From positions 41,118,417 to 41,167,952 of the forward strand of contig NC_068981.1 in the NCBI RefSeq assembly GCF_001194135.2: a stretch of 49,536 nt of DNA, in the 5' to 3' direction. Position 1 is the stretch's first letter, and the number at the start of each line of letters is the position of its first letter. This document shows positions 9,401-22,600 of this stretch, one piece after another. The notes beneath the pieces were generated by a model, which saw only the letters and a list, made by a program, of their open reading frames with translations, did no database searches and was not told where the DNA came from. A program made the position numbers and the translations under genes. The DNA is from Octopus bimaculoides. Lineage: Eukaryota.

Positions 9401-12400
9401 TAGGCTGTGATTTTGAAACTGTTACAGTTATAATTTACTGAAAGAATATTCAGTAACTTAAACCAGAATAATACTCTATAGAACAATGTTCTCTGCCTCT
9501 TCTACCACAAAACTGAACTTGCAAAACATTAAAATCAATGTGTCCCATCCTTTTCATTTCCCCATCTTTGTGTTTATATTACAAAAAGTTCTTGGTATTC
9601 AAAAATGACTGGATTTATGACTAGCAGCCAGTTAGTCAAAGCAGCAGAAAATGAAAGAGCGAAATATATGTGAAAATTATGTATTTGTGTAATAGTGATG
9701 TGATTTCTTGAAATAGATTTATGGCAGAAAAATGCTTGCAGGTTAAGTTAATTAATTTTACATACTTGGAAATTTGATATTATATCAATTATTTTTAATG
9801 GATTACTTGTTTATAGCGTATTTATTAATAAAGATGGTGTAGTGACACTCTCTCCAGTTGGTAATGCTCTTTGCTATATCAATGGTGTATTGATTAAGGA
9901 ACCAACTATTCTTCAACATGTAAGTATTGATTTTATTTGGTTAGAATTCTTTCCATTATTTTATTTTCAAACAAGTTATTAAGTAAAGACTTCATATTTG
10001 TATGCTTTCGTTTACCTAGTTGGAAAATAGATAACACTTCTACTCAAGTGATATGAATTAGAGCATCTAATTAATAAAATATTACTCATATGCAAGAAAA
10101 TTCAAACTTACAGAAATGGCTTATCTTTATTTCTAAGGAAAAATGTACATAAACAAGCAGGAAAAAAGATCTTGTTCATTTAAATGACGTTGCATTGTGG
10201 TAGTAAGAGTTGGTTATTCAAATTTAGATATTTGAATACGCTTATAGTAGTCAGGTACACCAGTTCTATCAGTTTGCACCTTAATAACCCAGCTATCATG
10301 TTTATGTAGATATCTTTTGAATAAACAGGAAAATAATTCTTAACAAAATAGTCAAATATTATGTTGATAAAGACAAAACAAGGTAAGAGTAAATTTATTA
10401 GAATAACCATCTATTTCCATTGTTTGGTGTCCTTTTGAAAAGTTTTATAATTATAACTAATTATTCAAAAGAAAATAATTACAAAATACTGCAGTTAGCT
10501 TTATAAAATATAAATGTACAAATGTTGTTGATTTTGTTCAATCCCAAATCAACTCCACTGAAACAGACAAATGATCAAATGTGTACCATGTCTGATCATC
10601 CTGTCTTTTTAAGGGTATTAGGGATTTCATTATCTAGTGCATCTTTTACTATTTTAAAATAGTTTGGTGTGTTTAAAGGGAGAATTAGCTGATATCTCTT
10701 ACAGGTCAGATGACAAAGTAGAGGATCTTTACATTCTGTACTATTCACAAACCAATGAAATGTACTTTAACAAATATTGACCAGTTGATCCTACTGGTCT
10801 CAGAGGCCCTGGACTGAACTCTTCCTCAAAATCACTTCCCCTCCCACCCCCAAAGTGTTTAATTGTATCTTTCCCCTTACAGCATATGGTATGAACTCTT
10901 ATGTTTCTGTAAGCACACTTAGTGTTGCTATGGGTATACTAGGCTTGAATAGTCAATGAAGAAATTGCTACATGGTCACTCAGTTTGCTAGAGATTGCAA
11001 CCAAATTTCCTTCAAATCACACATTGTTGTATTTCGAAAAATAGAGGAGGGAGACGTTGAATAATGAGGTTGGGGTACACTTTACTTTGATGCTTTTGAT
11101 TATAGGTCAGCTCAGTCAGGGCTGAATCAGAGCTAAACAAGGCATGATCAAAGTATTAGGAGACTTGAAATTAGAGTAGTGTATTCTAGTTTTTTATTCT
11201 TGGTAGGGTTCATTGAAACACGATGTACCCTATTTGTATTGAAAGATGATCAGATATTAATACAATGTTATAATTACACTAATGTTGGTAAAACAATTAT
11301 TCTTTATTTTTTTCTGCCTTTCAAATTTTGAATGATCACCCAGCATTCATATACTGGTAGTCACTGATAAAATGAAGCAAAAGACAAAAATGTTGAAAAA
11401 TAGATTTTAAAACTGTAATTTGCGTTCTAATTATTACATTGATGTTTTATATGTAAGGTTGTGAATTTTATATACTATACGTACTCCATGTGAAATTATT
11501 GCTAGGGTTTAAGATATTCTGATGAAGGACAATGAAACTAAATGAAGTTAAATTACAATTAGGTTAATTTTTGTTTTATAAAGCAAAAATGTATCATTTT
11601 TTTTTTTAATCTGTTTTGAAATTTCTTTCTCTAGGGAGACAGAGTTATATTAGGAGGAAATCACTATTTCCGGTAAGTGACCATTGGTTTTTGTACTGTT
11701 AAAATAATATCCTTGTTTACTTTTTTTGTTTTATCGGATTAGTAAAGCCATTAAAGCGTTGGACAAAATGCCTTGCAGTTTTTCTTTCAGCTTTATATGT
11801 CTGGAGTCCAAATACTGCTACAGTCAATTTGTCTTCCCCTAAATTCATTAACTGTAAAAGTGTTTTGCATGGACTGGCTCTTGTGCGGGTGGCACATAAG
11901 ACACCATTTCGAGCGTGGCCGTTTTCGTGCGGGTGACACGTAAAAGCACCCACTACACTCTCTGAGTGGTTGGCGTTAGGAAGGGCATCCAGCCGTAGAA
12001 ACTCTGCCAAATTAGATTGGAGCCTGGTGTAGCCATCCGGTTGCACCAGTCCTCTGTCAAATCGTCCAACCCATGCTAGCATGGGAAGCAGACGTTAAAC
12101 GATGATGATGATAACAAATTAAAACTTACCACTAAATCTATAAAACCATTGAGATGATCCACATAGAATTTGATGATGATGATAATAATACGAATAAAGA
12201 TTTCTTAAAGAAGCACAAGGCCTTGAATTTGGGGGAGGGTAAATTGACCTTAGTAGTATTTAAACTGAGTGATGGGAGTGTGAGGTCAGTCAGAGAAGCA
12301 GAGTTCACTGTAGTAGTGATAGGAATGTTAGGGAGAGAGCAACAATATACCTCTGGGCAGCTGTGTTGGTGAGTGACTTCATGATAGTCAGTTGAATAGC

Positions 12401-15400
12401 ATTCCACACAAAGCTCTTACAACTAACTTCGATTCACATATATCAGAATTTTCTCAGTGCTATATTAATTCCAGACACCTTTCAATCTTTAGTATTACTT
12501 TTGCTTCAACTCTTAGGAGGAAGAATATAATCAATTAAAATTTTTTTTTAGTACATGATTTATTTAAGTGGATTTTATTTTTAGAAGATAGCCAGAAGAG
12601 GAAGAGTAGTGTTCATAAGCTCTGTGGTCCCTTGTTTCCCCATCAGCCATAAAATTGATGCAATTAATAGTAAATGAATTCCAGCAGATTAGGGAAAGAA
12701 GCAAATGGTAAAGAGTTTAGAACTGAGTAAGGGTATTGTGTAAGAAGAAGGGATTTGAATGAAGAGGTTTTGTTGTGTGCTAGTTCAGAAGAGCCATTAT
12801 TATATATAGAAGTGTTAGATGTGCAGAGGTAACAGCTTGTTTATGAATTATTGTTGTAACTTGTTGGTAACTGATTCTTTATTGGTGATATTCTTTTGAA
12901 TGTGTAGCAGCAGCATCATTGTCCCATAGATATAAGCAATATGCTAATGTGGGTCAACATGAGCTTTGTAAAGGGTCAGCAAAAGATCAGTTAGTCTATT
13001 TCTTGAGTCTAGAGGAATACTAGTCTCTAATACACATTTAGCAATGTTATATATGTGTGTGTGTGTTACCTTGAAAGATAATTATAGATTATGAGTTTTA
13101 GCAAATGTAGTGGTTTTGAAGATTTTGGTTATAGTGTTCATAAGTAGAGATGCAGTTTTCTAGTGATGTGTAGTGATTGTGTAACTCAAAATCTTCTGTT
13201 TAATCAAGTATAAGGAATGAGGACTAGTCACAAAAGGGATGGAACCACTTAAGATTTTTCAAGCTGGGAAACTGCACTTCTTGACAAATCATTTAAAAAA
13301 ACTTTTACACATTATTTACTTACTTTAAACAATTAAACTAATTGAAATAATTTTACCAATTAAACCAATTGAATAATTTCTAAAAATATTTTTCAGATTT
13401 ATGTATCCTATGAAATCATCTGATTCAAAAGAAAATAGTAAATCTGCTTGTAAAGAAGTGAGAGATTTCGATTTTGCCCACAAGGAATTGATACGAGTAC
13501 AAGAATTAAGGTTTGAGATTTCATTTTTAGTTTATATACTAATTAAAACATTAATAGCACACTAATTAAAGTTGTTAATAATAGTACCAGTCTTTCTTTC
13601 TCCTTAGGAAAAAAATGAATTAGTCCTTTGATAGAAAAGATTTTTAATAAGTTTAATTGTAATCAGAAAGCACAGAGAAAGAGAGACTGAAATTTTATAT
13701 TTTGACTTAAATAAAAAGTCTTTCAATTTAGTCTCTAAAGTATGGAAGTAGCCCTAGATAAGCATCCTGTAATGGGGCTCTGGTTCAGGAGTTCCAGGGC
13801 TTTGAGGAGTGTGGGACCACCTTTTAGTCACTGTTGTTTTCAGGTCTGTTCTGACCTGGAGTAATAGCACGTCAGGGTCCCAGCTATGGGTTACTTGCAA
13901 GTCAGTCACGCAGATAGAGCTCTTTAGCCTATTGGGGTAACCAATCTAGTGGAAGGAAAACTCTGATTCCAAAACTCTTCTGTCTTGCGGCTATACTCAG
14001 CCATGGGAAAAACTATGGGAGTAAACCTTGAAGAAAAATTGGGAGTTGGAGCCCATGAGGCAGGTCGACATTGTCTACAACCTCATTCTGGCAACTCCTG
14101 TGACAGCACTGGTGCCAAATTGTAATGGCCATCCTGTTCCTTTGGATCCATCAGTGATGGAGATGGGTGGGATATGCTGCATGGGCAACAACTTGTCCTT
14201 CATATCTTTCTGCCCAGGCTGGTATCCTTTTGAATCCCCAATATTGGAGAGATAGAACTGGCAGTCATAGACAAAACTGTTTCAGTAGGGTGGACAACTA
14301 GGGCTTTCATCCATTGTCATTAATGACAGAATAGTGATATCATGGCATATCTTACCTTTTATATAATGATTATAAGGTAAGTATATTCGTATGTAACCAA
14401 AACTTTAATCAACCTTTTTAACCAAACTAAAATGACAGTAAAACCCTAAAAGTTCTTTATTTAAATAAAAAGATTGCATTTATTGTTCATTTTGAATACT
14501 AAAATGTGTTTACTTAACACCCACAGCTCACTCTCTACAGTTCTGATTCATTGCATTATAGAAATATCGACTTCTATCTTGTCTCTAATTTTTGTTTCAG
14601 TCCTTCCATACATTTTGAAAGCTCAGGTATATGTACAGTATAGGATCACTTATTTCCTCTTAGTGTCTTTCTCACTACTGACATTAACAGTCACTATTGC
14701 CATTTTCAATATCCTAAGAGAGCAATTCAAATATATTTTCAGAATTATTTATTGTTGATCAAGAAATATACATCAATGCACCTTTCTATTATTAACATCT
14801 AAATATAAAAAATTACATGCACAAAATTGCAGGCCTCTCCAGGGGCCACACTAGATCTAAATCTGGCCCTGGTGTGAACAGTCTTTCAGAGGTAATGTTT
14901 TACAGCTATATGCCCTTCATGTTGTCAACCCTTTTAGGCACCTGTTAAGGTAATTACTTATTACCTTAGCCATTTGTTTTTAATTTGATGTAATTAAAAT
15001 CAAAAATTTGTGGTTATATTTTCAGACTTGCACAACAGTTGGAAGATACTAAAAATATGGTTCAAAAGGAATTATATCAAAAAATTAATGAAGAAAAGCA
15101 AAATGGTTTTTATAATGACAATCAACTTATACAAAATGGCGTGAGTATTTTCAATTGTAAATTGTTGAATATGGAGTCAACTTTATCTTTTATACATTAA
15201 ATAAACATTTAGCCCTGCTGCAAATAGACTCTGTTAAATCAATGAACATTCTGAAGAATGAATAAAGAACAACTCAATTAGTTTCATCTTTCTTCAGCTT
15301 GGCAGGAGTGTTTACTTCATTTGATCTACAGAGAGTGAGTGTGTGTAGCTTACAACTACCTATGAAGGATACTATAAACCACAAGTACTGCTTTTGCTCA

Positions 15401-16595
15401 TTTGGATATTGGTACTTTTATTGGCTGCACAGATTAACTAAAGTACATTGTTAGACTTGTTGTAAATAAATTTACATGCATATATTAAAATAAACATACA
15501 TGAAGTGTAGCACAGTAACACTCAATGTATGTAATTTCAGGACCCAGGGGGTCTGTAACAGCATTACAGACTCCCTGGGCAAATCAATGCATTATCAGTT
15601 AGTGTTACAAAGACCGAGACACTGGTCCTCCAGAAAGTCTTCCTTGTGCACTCTGCATGTTAGTGGAACATTACTGAGACAAGTGGAGATGTTTAAATAT
15701 TTCAGGTGCTGGCACAGTAATACACCAACATCATAAGAGGAGAGATTGATTAAAAAGCCAAACTTGCTATCTTCAATTCAGTTTTTGTGCCTATTCACAC
15801 CTGTGGTCATGAATGTTGCATAATGACCAAAAGAGTATGATTGCAAATGCAAACAACCAAAATGGGGGTTCCTCTGAAGGAAATCTCTTGTAATGTTGCA
15901 TAACTCAGAATCAAGGAGTTTCTCTGCATTGAGAAGTCACAACTCTGATGTTATGGACATAAGATTAGAATGTTGCAGAAAAAAAAAGACAGATTCTTCA
16001 AGCTCAGTCAACTAGCAGGAGACCTATGGGTTGAACAAGAATGAAATAGTTGGATAATAGCCATAGTCTTAGTCAGCTTTGGGAATCCAGCTGGAAAGTA
16101 ATGATTGTTGCTTCTGATAGGACCCAATAGAGGAGGTGTCTGAGGACTCAAGCGCCATGATCCTTGCAAGAATAGTGGGTGGAGATGGATCTGGACCATA
16201 CCTCAACAGAAGTGGATAATGCAAATTTTGCTTGACCAAGAGGGCAAGGATCCTAAAATATTTGTTTGATCTGGGGGCCTTCTTAAATTCAAATAATGGC
16301 TTCCCCACTTGCTGACTAGTGAACAGAAAATATAAACTGACCCTTTTCAGAAACAACTGGTACTGCTCAAAGGAAGATAACTTCATCTTGTCCAAAAGGG
16401 ATTTTCACTTCTAAGAATTTCGTTTCAGGGTTTTGTTTTTCACCACTATGTTGACCAAGACTGTGTTCTTCTGTAAGTAAACAGGTTGTGTGCCTCCAGC
16501 CAGCAGGTTTGATTAGTTTCCTATGATGCTAAGAGCAATAACAGATGTGAACCCAATGATAACTTTCTGACTGGCCATAATGGCTACATAAAATA

Positions 16596-16642
<47 letters not shown>

Positions 16643-19600
16643 TATGTGTGTGTGTGTGTGCTAAGTAAGCATACAAAATTATTGCAGCAGTTTTAATGAC
16701 ACATAGCACTAAAGCACCTCATGTTATGAATGTTCAGATCTAGCAACCCAAGTTTATTTAAATATGAAATAATTTATGGAAATGCAAATTTAATGTGATG
16801 ATTCCTTAAATACAACCTTCTTTGTAAAAATTTTCCTTGATCTTAATAACCTAGCATCTTCACATTCTTCAATCTATAATTTCAAGCCAAAAAATTAGTT
16901 AGCTGAATTCTATATTGCATCTAATAACTTGGCTGTCTTTTACATTCTGTTAGTTGTTTGAAATATGATTTCTTGTTTTTTTTTTCTTTCTTCCTTTCAT
17001 TTGTTAGTTCAACACCCTGACCAGTGTAACACCTCTTACTTCAACTCACTCTCACTTTAATACTCCCATTCTCACTTGCTCTTTCTCTGTAGTTTGCTAC
17101 TTTTGCCAAGGTGATAAAACATCATCCTTCAACTCTTTTTCATTTCTATTCTACTCTGTCACTCTCTCTGTTTGTCATTTGATAACTTCCTGCTTTCCCC
17201 CGCCATTGGAAACAGAAAAAAAAGAAAACATGTGACAGGCTTTTATATATTGATAATATTGCCTGTTTAATGAATCACATTTTTCTTCTATTTGTGTTGT
17301 TACTCAATTTTAATGTCATAGTCCTCTTTATGTATAAATTTTAAAATATTAAAGTTGTTATTATTTGTAACATCAGAAAGTATTTTGTTTAATGGTACAT
17401 TTTATTCTGTAATACTGAATATATCTATAGTATTTTTATCCATTGTTTTATATATAGTCCAGATTAAAACACTTAATCTTTCTATACAATATATTTGAGG
17501 ATTAAAAAGAAAAAAAGGTACCAATTGAACTAATTTTAGTCATCTTATGCTGGGATTTCATCAATGACTGAGTCCCCTATTTTGACTATTCACATAGATA
17601 TTGCTTGTAAAGCCACTTTTACTAAGATTAATATAATGTGTTAGCAGTTATTTTATTTTTTACTTATTTCAGCCATTGGACTCTGGTCTGGCTGGGGTAT
17701 CACTTTGAACAATTAACCCCGAGTACTTACTTTTTCAATCTATTCCTTATTGTATCAGTTTCTTCTGTTGAACTGCTAAGTTACAAGAGCTTAAACAAAC
17801 CAACACTGGCTGTTAAGCACTGTGGAGTCACACACACATGCAATTGGCTTCCACACAGTTTCCATCTACCAGATTCACTCACAGGGCATTGGTCAGCCCA
17901 AGGCTATAGTAGAAGACACTTAACCAAGGTGCCACATGCCAAAACCATATAGATACAAACTGAGCTTCTTAATCACACAGCCATCCAAAACATCTAATGA
18001 AATATTCCTGTTTTAATTGTTTTTGTAATTCAATCCAAATATTAGGTATTAGTTTTCTTGTGACATTATTTTATCAAGTAACTATTTATAATAATGATAA
18101 TAATGAAATTATTGTATACAGTGCTCAGGTGCACTACAGCTTGTCAAAAGTGTGCATAAAGCATATGCAGTATTGTACAAATGTCTGGAAAGTGAACAGT
18201 GTATGAGTCAGATACATGCTTGTGTGTGTATGGAGAGGAGAAAATCAGGTATAGTGATTATGAAACTTTTATATTTAAACAAATTTTTTTTTTCTTGATC
18301 TCCAGGATCGACCAGAAAATACACTCTTAAAGGAACTCGAAAAAGCAAAAGGTCATGCTGAAGAAAATTTAAAACAACTTTCATTATATCAGAATGAAAC
18401 TGAGCTTAAATCAAAATCATTGTCAATTTCATCTGAGTCTAGTAATTCAAGCTCTTTCGATTCATATAATCAAGCCATGTTGATGATAAATTCATTATCA
18501 GCAATTGTTAATGATGCTCATGGGAAGAGTCAATTTTGTGTTGAAAATTTAAAGGAGAGACAATGTAACTTGGAATCTAATCAGTTCAACACACCATTAT
18601 CTGCAAAAAGAAAACAAAAGCTAACTATTGGTTCCTTTGGATTGTACCACACATATTTGGCAATATGTGAGGCCAATGCAATTTGTTGGCATTTAAAGAA
18701 AAACATCGTAAATATTAATTTAATTAATTTTTTTTTAACCGTTTCATATCATTTTTCTTTTGTTTAAGTATCATTTTGTTTGGTGTACTTATTCATTTTA
18801 TGTTCACTTTTTCTATCTTTACTTGGGTTAGCTGGGTACATTATGGGGCATTGTTTTACAGCTGCATACCCTTCTCATCACTAACCCTTACCTGCTTTTG
18901 AAATAAGGAATTGTTTTTGGTCACTCATCTATGAAGATGCAAAACAATTGAATAAGTTTTTGACAAAAGTGATAAGAAATCCACTTGAAGTGACTGTTGT
19001 AAGACACAAATGTAAACAAACACAGACATGCATGCATACACACATACACACAGCAGGCTTCTTTCAGATTCGTCTATCAAATTCACTTACAAGACTTTGA
19101 TCATCCTGGGGCTATAGTAGAAGATACTTGCCTAAAATGTTTAGTGGAATTGAACCTGAAACTATATGGTTGGGGAGAGAACTTAATTATACAACCATGC
19201 CTTTACCTAATAGCTTTGAATATCTGATCCATATATCATATCTAAATAAGCACATATATATACATTCATATGTATATGCACGTTTGTCTATGCACATATT
19301 TATAGCAGTATGAATAATATGAGTAATTGTAAATGCTGAGAATTGAAAGCAAATTCGTTTTGTAACTGAATCTGCATTTAAACTGTAAAGAACGCATTTG
19401 TTTCATACAATCATTACAGCAGTTGGATTTCTTTGAAGACTCATGTTTTGCTCAAGCTACTGTTCTTTTCATGTCAAAAGAAGATAGTATCTACAGTAAT
19501 GTGATCAAGTCAGAAAATCCATTAAGACTGGCTGAATTCACTTCAGAGATTGTCATTATCAACTATTTCGGATATTGAAATAGATAATTTAAAGACAACA

Positions 19601-22600
19601 GCAAAATTGTATGTTCTTCCACACTTTTACTGGTACCATGGAACTAATGTTGCATCTCCAAAAACAGATAATATTTTTCCACTTCTCAAGTTATCAGTAG
19701 AGTGTTAAATTTTTCCACCATGACTGCACATATGGTAGTAAACTTGTAGGAAATCGATCACATCAGCATTTCTCACTTTTTAGAAGTATACTATATTTTT
19801 GTAGTGATGGACAAAGGTAGAATTAATAACATTAGTGATGGTACAATGTACATGATACCTAGTTGCTTCCATACTATTGCATACATATATTTGCCAACTT
19901 AAACATTACTTTCAAATTGAGGTCAAATTCTGTACATTTATTGAGAGATTTCATGTCATTGCTGTTTTTTATATTAATGTTGTGTTTGCATAGCATTCTT
20001 TCCTAATTCTGATTGCAACCAACAGAAGTTTCTCGACAAGATTAGCTCTTGTGGATTGTCACTAGGAAAAGAACAGAATTGAATTATGATAGAACGAATC
20101 CATTGTGCTTTCAATGGACATTGTAGTGTATATGCATGGTGATTGCTGGTTGAAAAATGTACATAAACATCAGGAATCTAACAGGTGCTTCTCACAGTTA
20201 TGTTATTACACATATCTTCAACTGGTCTAGGAAAGAGCAGTTAATCTGAATTCAAATTACAATAATCCAAGAGTTAACTTTGATTGCCAAGTGGTTAGAT
20301 AAAATCTGAGTTAAAACCAAGCCATCTACAAACAGAAAGGCCCTGAAGTCAAAAGTGCAATGGATGGTTCTTGGAAAATATGTGAACTCTTAAATTCTAG
20401 GACCTGAGAGTGTTTAAAGTCTAAAAGAGTTGTACAAGTAAAATAAACCAAAAATAAAGAAATTTGTTTGCTATGTAGTTGGAATTGTTATAGACCAGGT
20501 GTATGGGAGACACATCTGTGCTTGGTATTTGTGGCTCTCCAATCATCTCACAATCTGACATACAACACTCCATGCATCTGTACAGAAAATGTCAATTTGA
20601 TGGTGGGAGTGAGCTAATGTACAGCACAAACATTTGATCACTAAACAAATCATCTATGCAGGTTGTTCAGCGAGAAATTGTTGAACCTTCATCTGGATGT
20701 GTGTAGGTATATGTACAGAATAGTAATTTTTTCAGTTTCAATCTACTGAAACCACTCACAAACTTTTGGACAATAGTAGAAGACATTTGCTCAAGGTGCC
20801 ATATAGTAGGACTGAACATGAAACCACATGGTTGGGAAGCAAACTAAATTCATACAAGACTAAAGTAGTAAATTGTTTGATACAATATATGTTTCCATTA
20901 AAAAAAGTTTTTAAATGTTTTCTTTTAAACCAATTAAATTTGTTCTTTACAGGTATTTTCAAGAGAAGATTATTTTGATGATGAAAACAATCTAAAAATG
21001 CTCATAAAATGTAGCTTAACTGATATGAAGATCTGTACGTTTTGGTCCTTTGAAGTGTTTATGAATAAGTTGCACTTACTGAGAGATGTATATCAGGTAA
21101 TATGGAGATTTATAAAATTTTTATTACCTTTCAAGTTAAGATTTTCATTTAATTAAATTTGAATAGCTTAAATATGACAAAAAGCTATATATATTGCATT
21201 CTTCTTTTAACTAGACCGGTGATAATAATATTGAAGAAATCATTGCTGATGAAAACAACTGGAAGAAAGATGACAACTTTGAGTTAACTGACATATCTTC
21301 TCCAGAAAAGTTAGTTCCTTTCATTATTTTTTCTGAAGAAAACAGGAGGCAGTAAATTAAGGACAATCTTTTTGTCACACTTCAATAACAATGATAAATT
21401 ACTCCATTTAGTTTGCTAATATTTGATGCTCTCATATATGAATCAATGACTCAACTTCATTCTCAAAGTAATTTTAATTTTGTTCACCAATTATTGTATA
21501 TTTTTAATATTTACTTCAGTAAATATAGCAAATTCTGTGCTTTACTAATGAGACCAAAACATGTCTACAATTGTGTCCCCTACTTATTGAAAAAACAATA
21601 TTAGTCATCATCATCATTTAGCATCTGGTTTGACTGTATGGTTTCTATAGCTGGATGACTTCCTAATGCCAACCACTCCAAGAGTGTAATGTGTGCTTTT
21701 TACATGCCATTGGCATGGGTGCTTTTATGTGACTTTGGCATTGGCCATGATTATAAGTTCGCTTGGCTTCTAAAGCACAGCATATTGCCAAAGGTCCCGG
21801 TCACTTGTTATCACCTCCATGAGGACCAACGCTCAATGATCATGCTTTACCACCTCCTCCCAGGTCTTCTTGGGGCTGTCTCTACCATAAGTTCCCTCCA
21901 CAGTTAATGACCAGCACTTCTTTATGCAGCTGTCTTTGTCCATACGCATCATCTCTCTTGCACACCACATCTGATGCCTCTTATGCCCAATTTTGCTCTC
22001 AAGACACCTATACTCTGTTGTATATGCACATTGACATTGCACATCCAGCGAAGCATGCTAGCTTCATTTCTTTCAAGACTTTGCATGTCCTCTGCAATCA
22101 TAGCCCATGTTTCACTGCCGTGTAGCATGCCTGTCCACACACACAGACATCATACAATCTGTCTTTCACTCTGAATGAGAGGCCCTTTGTTACCAACAAA
22201 GGTAGAAGCTCTCTCTTTTCCCAGCCTGTTCTTATTTGGGCAGTTACACTCTTGGAGCATCCACCTCCACTCCTGACTTGGTCACCTAGATAATGAATTC
22301 TATCAACTACTTCTAGGTATCCCCACTGGCACTTGACGGAGTCTATTTTCTGTACATTTCTTGTACCTGTACATCTGCCACGCACAAAGACTATATTCCC
22401 TGTTAACCACCCTCTGATATTGCTGCACCTCTTATGTGCCCATAGCTTGCATTGGGTACATCTTATGGAGTTTCTACATATTGAGCAGGGCCATTTACCA
22501 AAAGGGATTTGTGATTTGTCCGCTTTCCTACTTACTAAGACTTTAGCTTTTACTAAATTAACGTTAAGGCCTTTGATTCTAGACCTTGCTTCCACACCTG

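Noticed and set aside
12700-13200. Possible very old Penelope RT fragment on the minus strand
   Set aside because: Only a faint AMGT-like motif is visible; too degenerate to support
16000-16450. 108-aa minus-strand ORF (16069-16395) in a GC-richer block
   Set aside because: No recognisable domain; probably decayed retroelement DNA
19430-19900. Possible decayed hAT transposase
   Set aside because: No frame gives a diagnostic motif
20947-20958. AG|GT recursive-splice-like site at the start of exon 13
   Set aside because: GTATTT is a weak donor and exons often start with GT by chance
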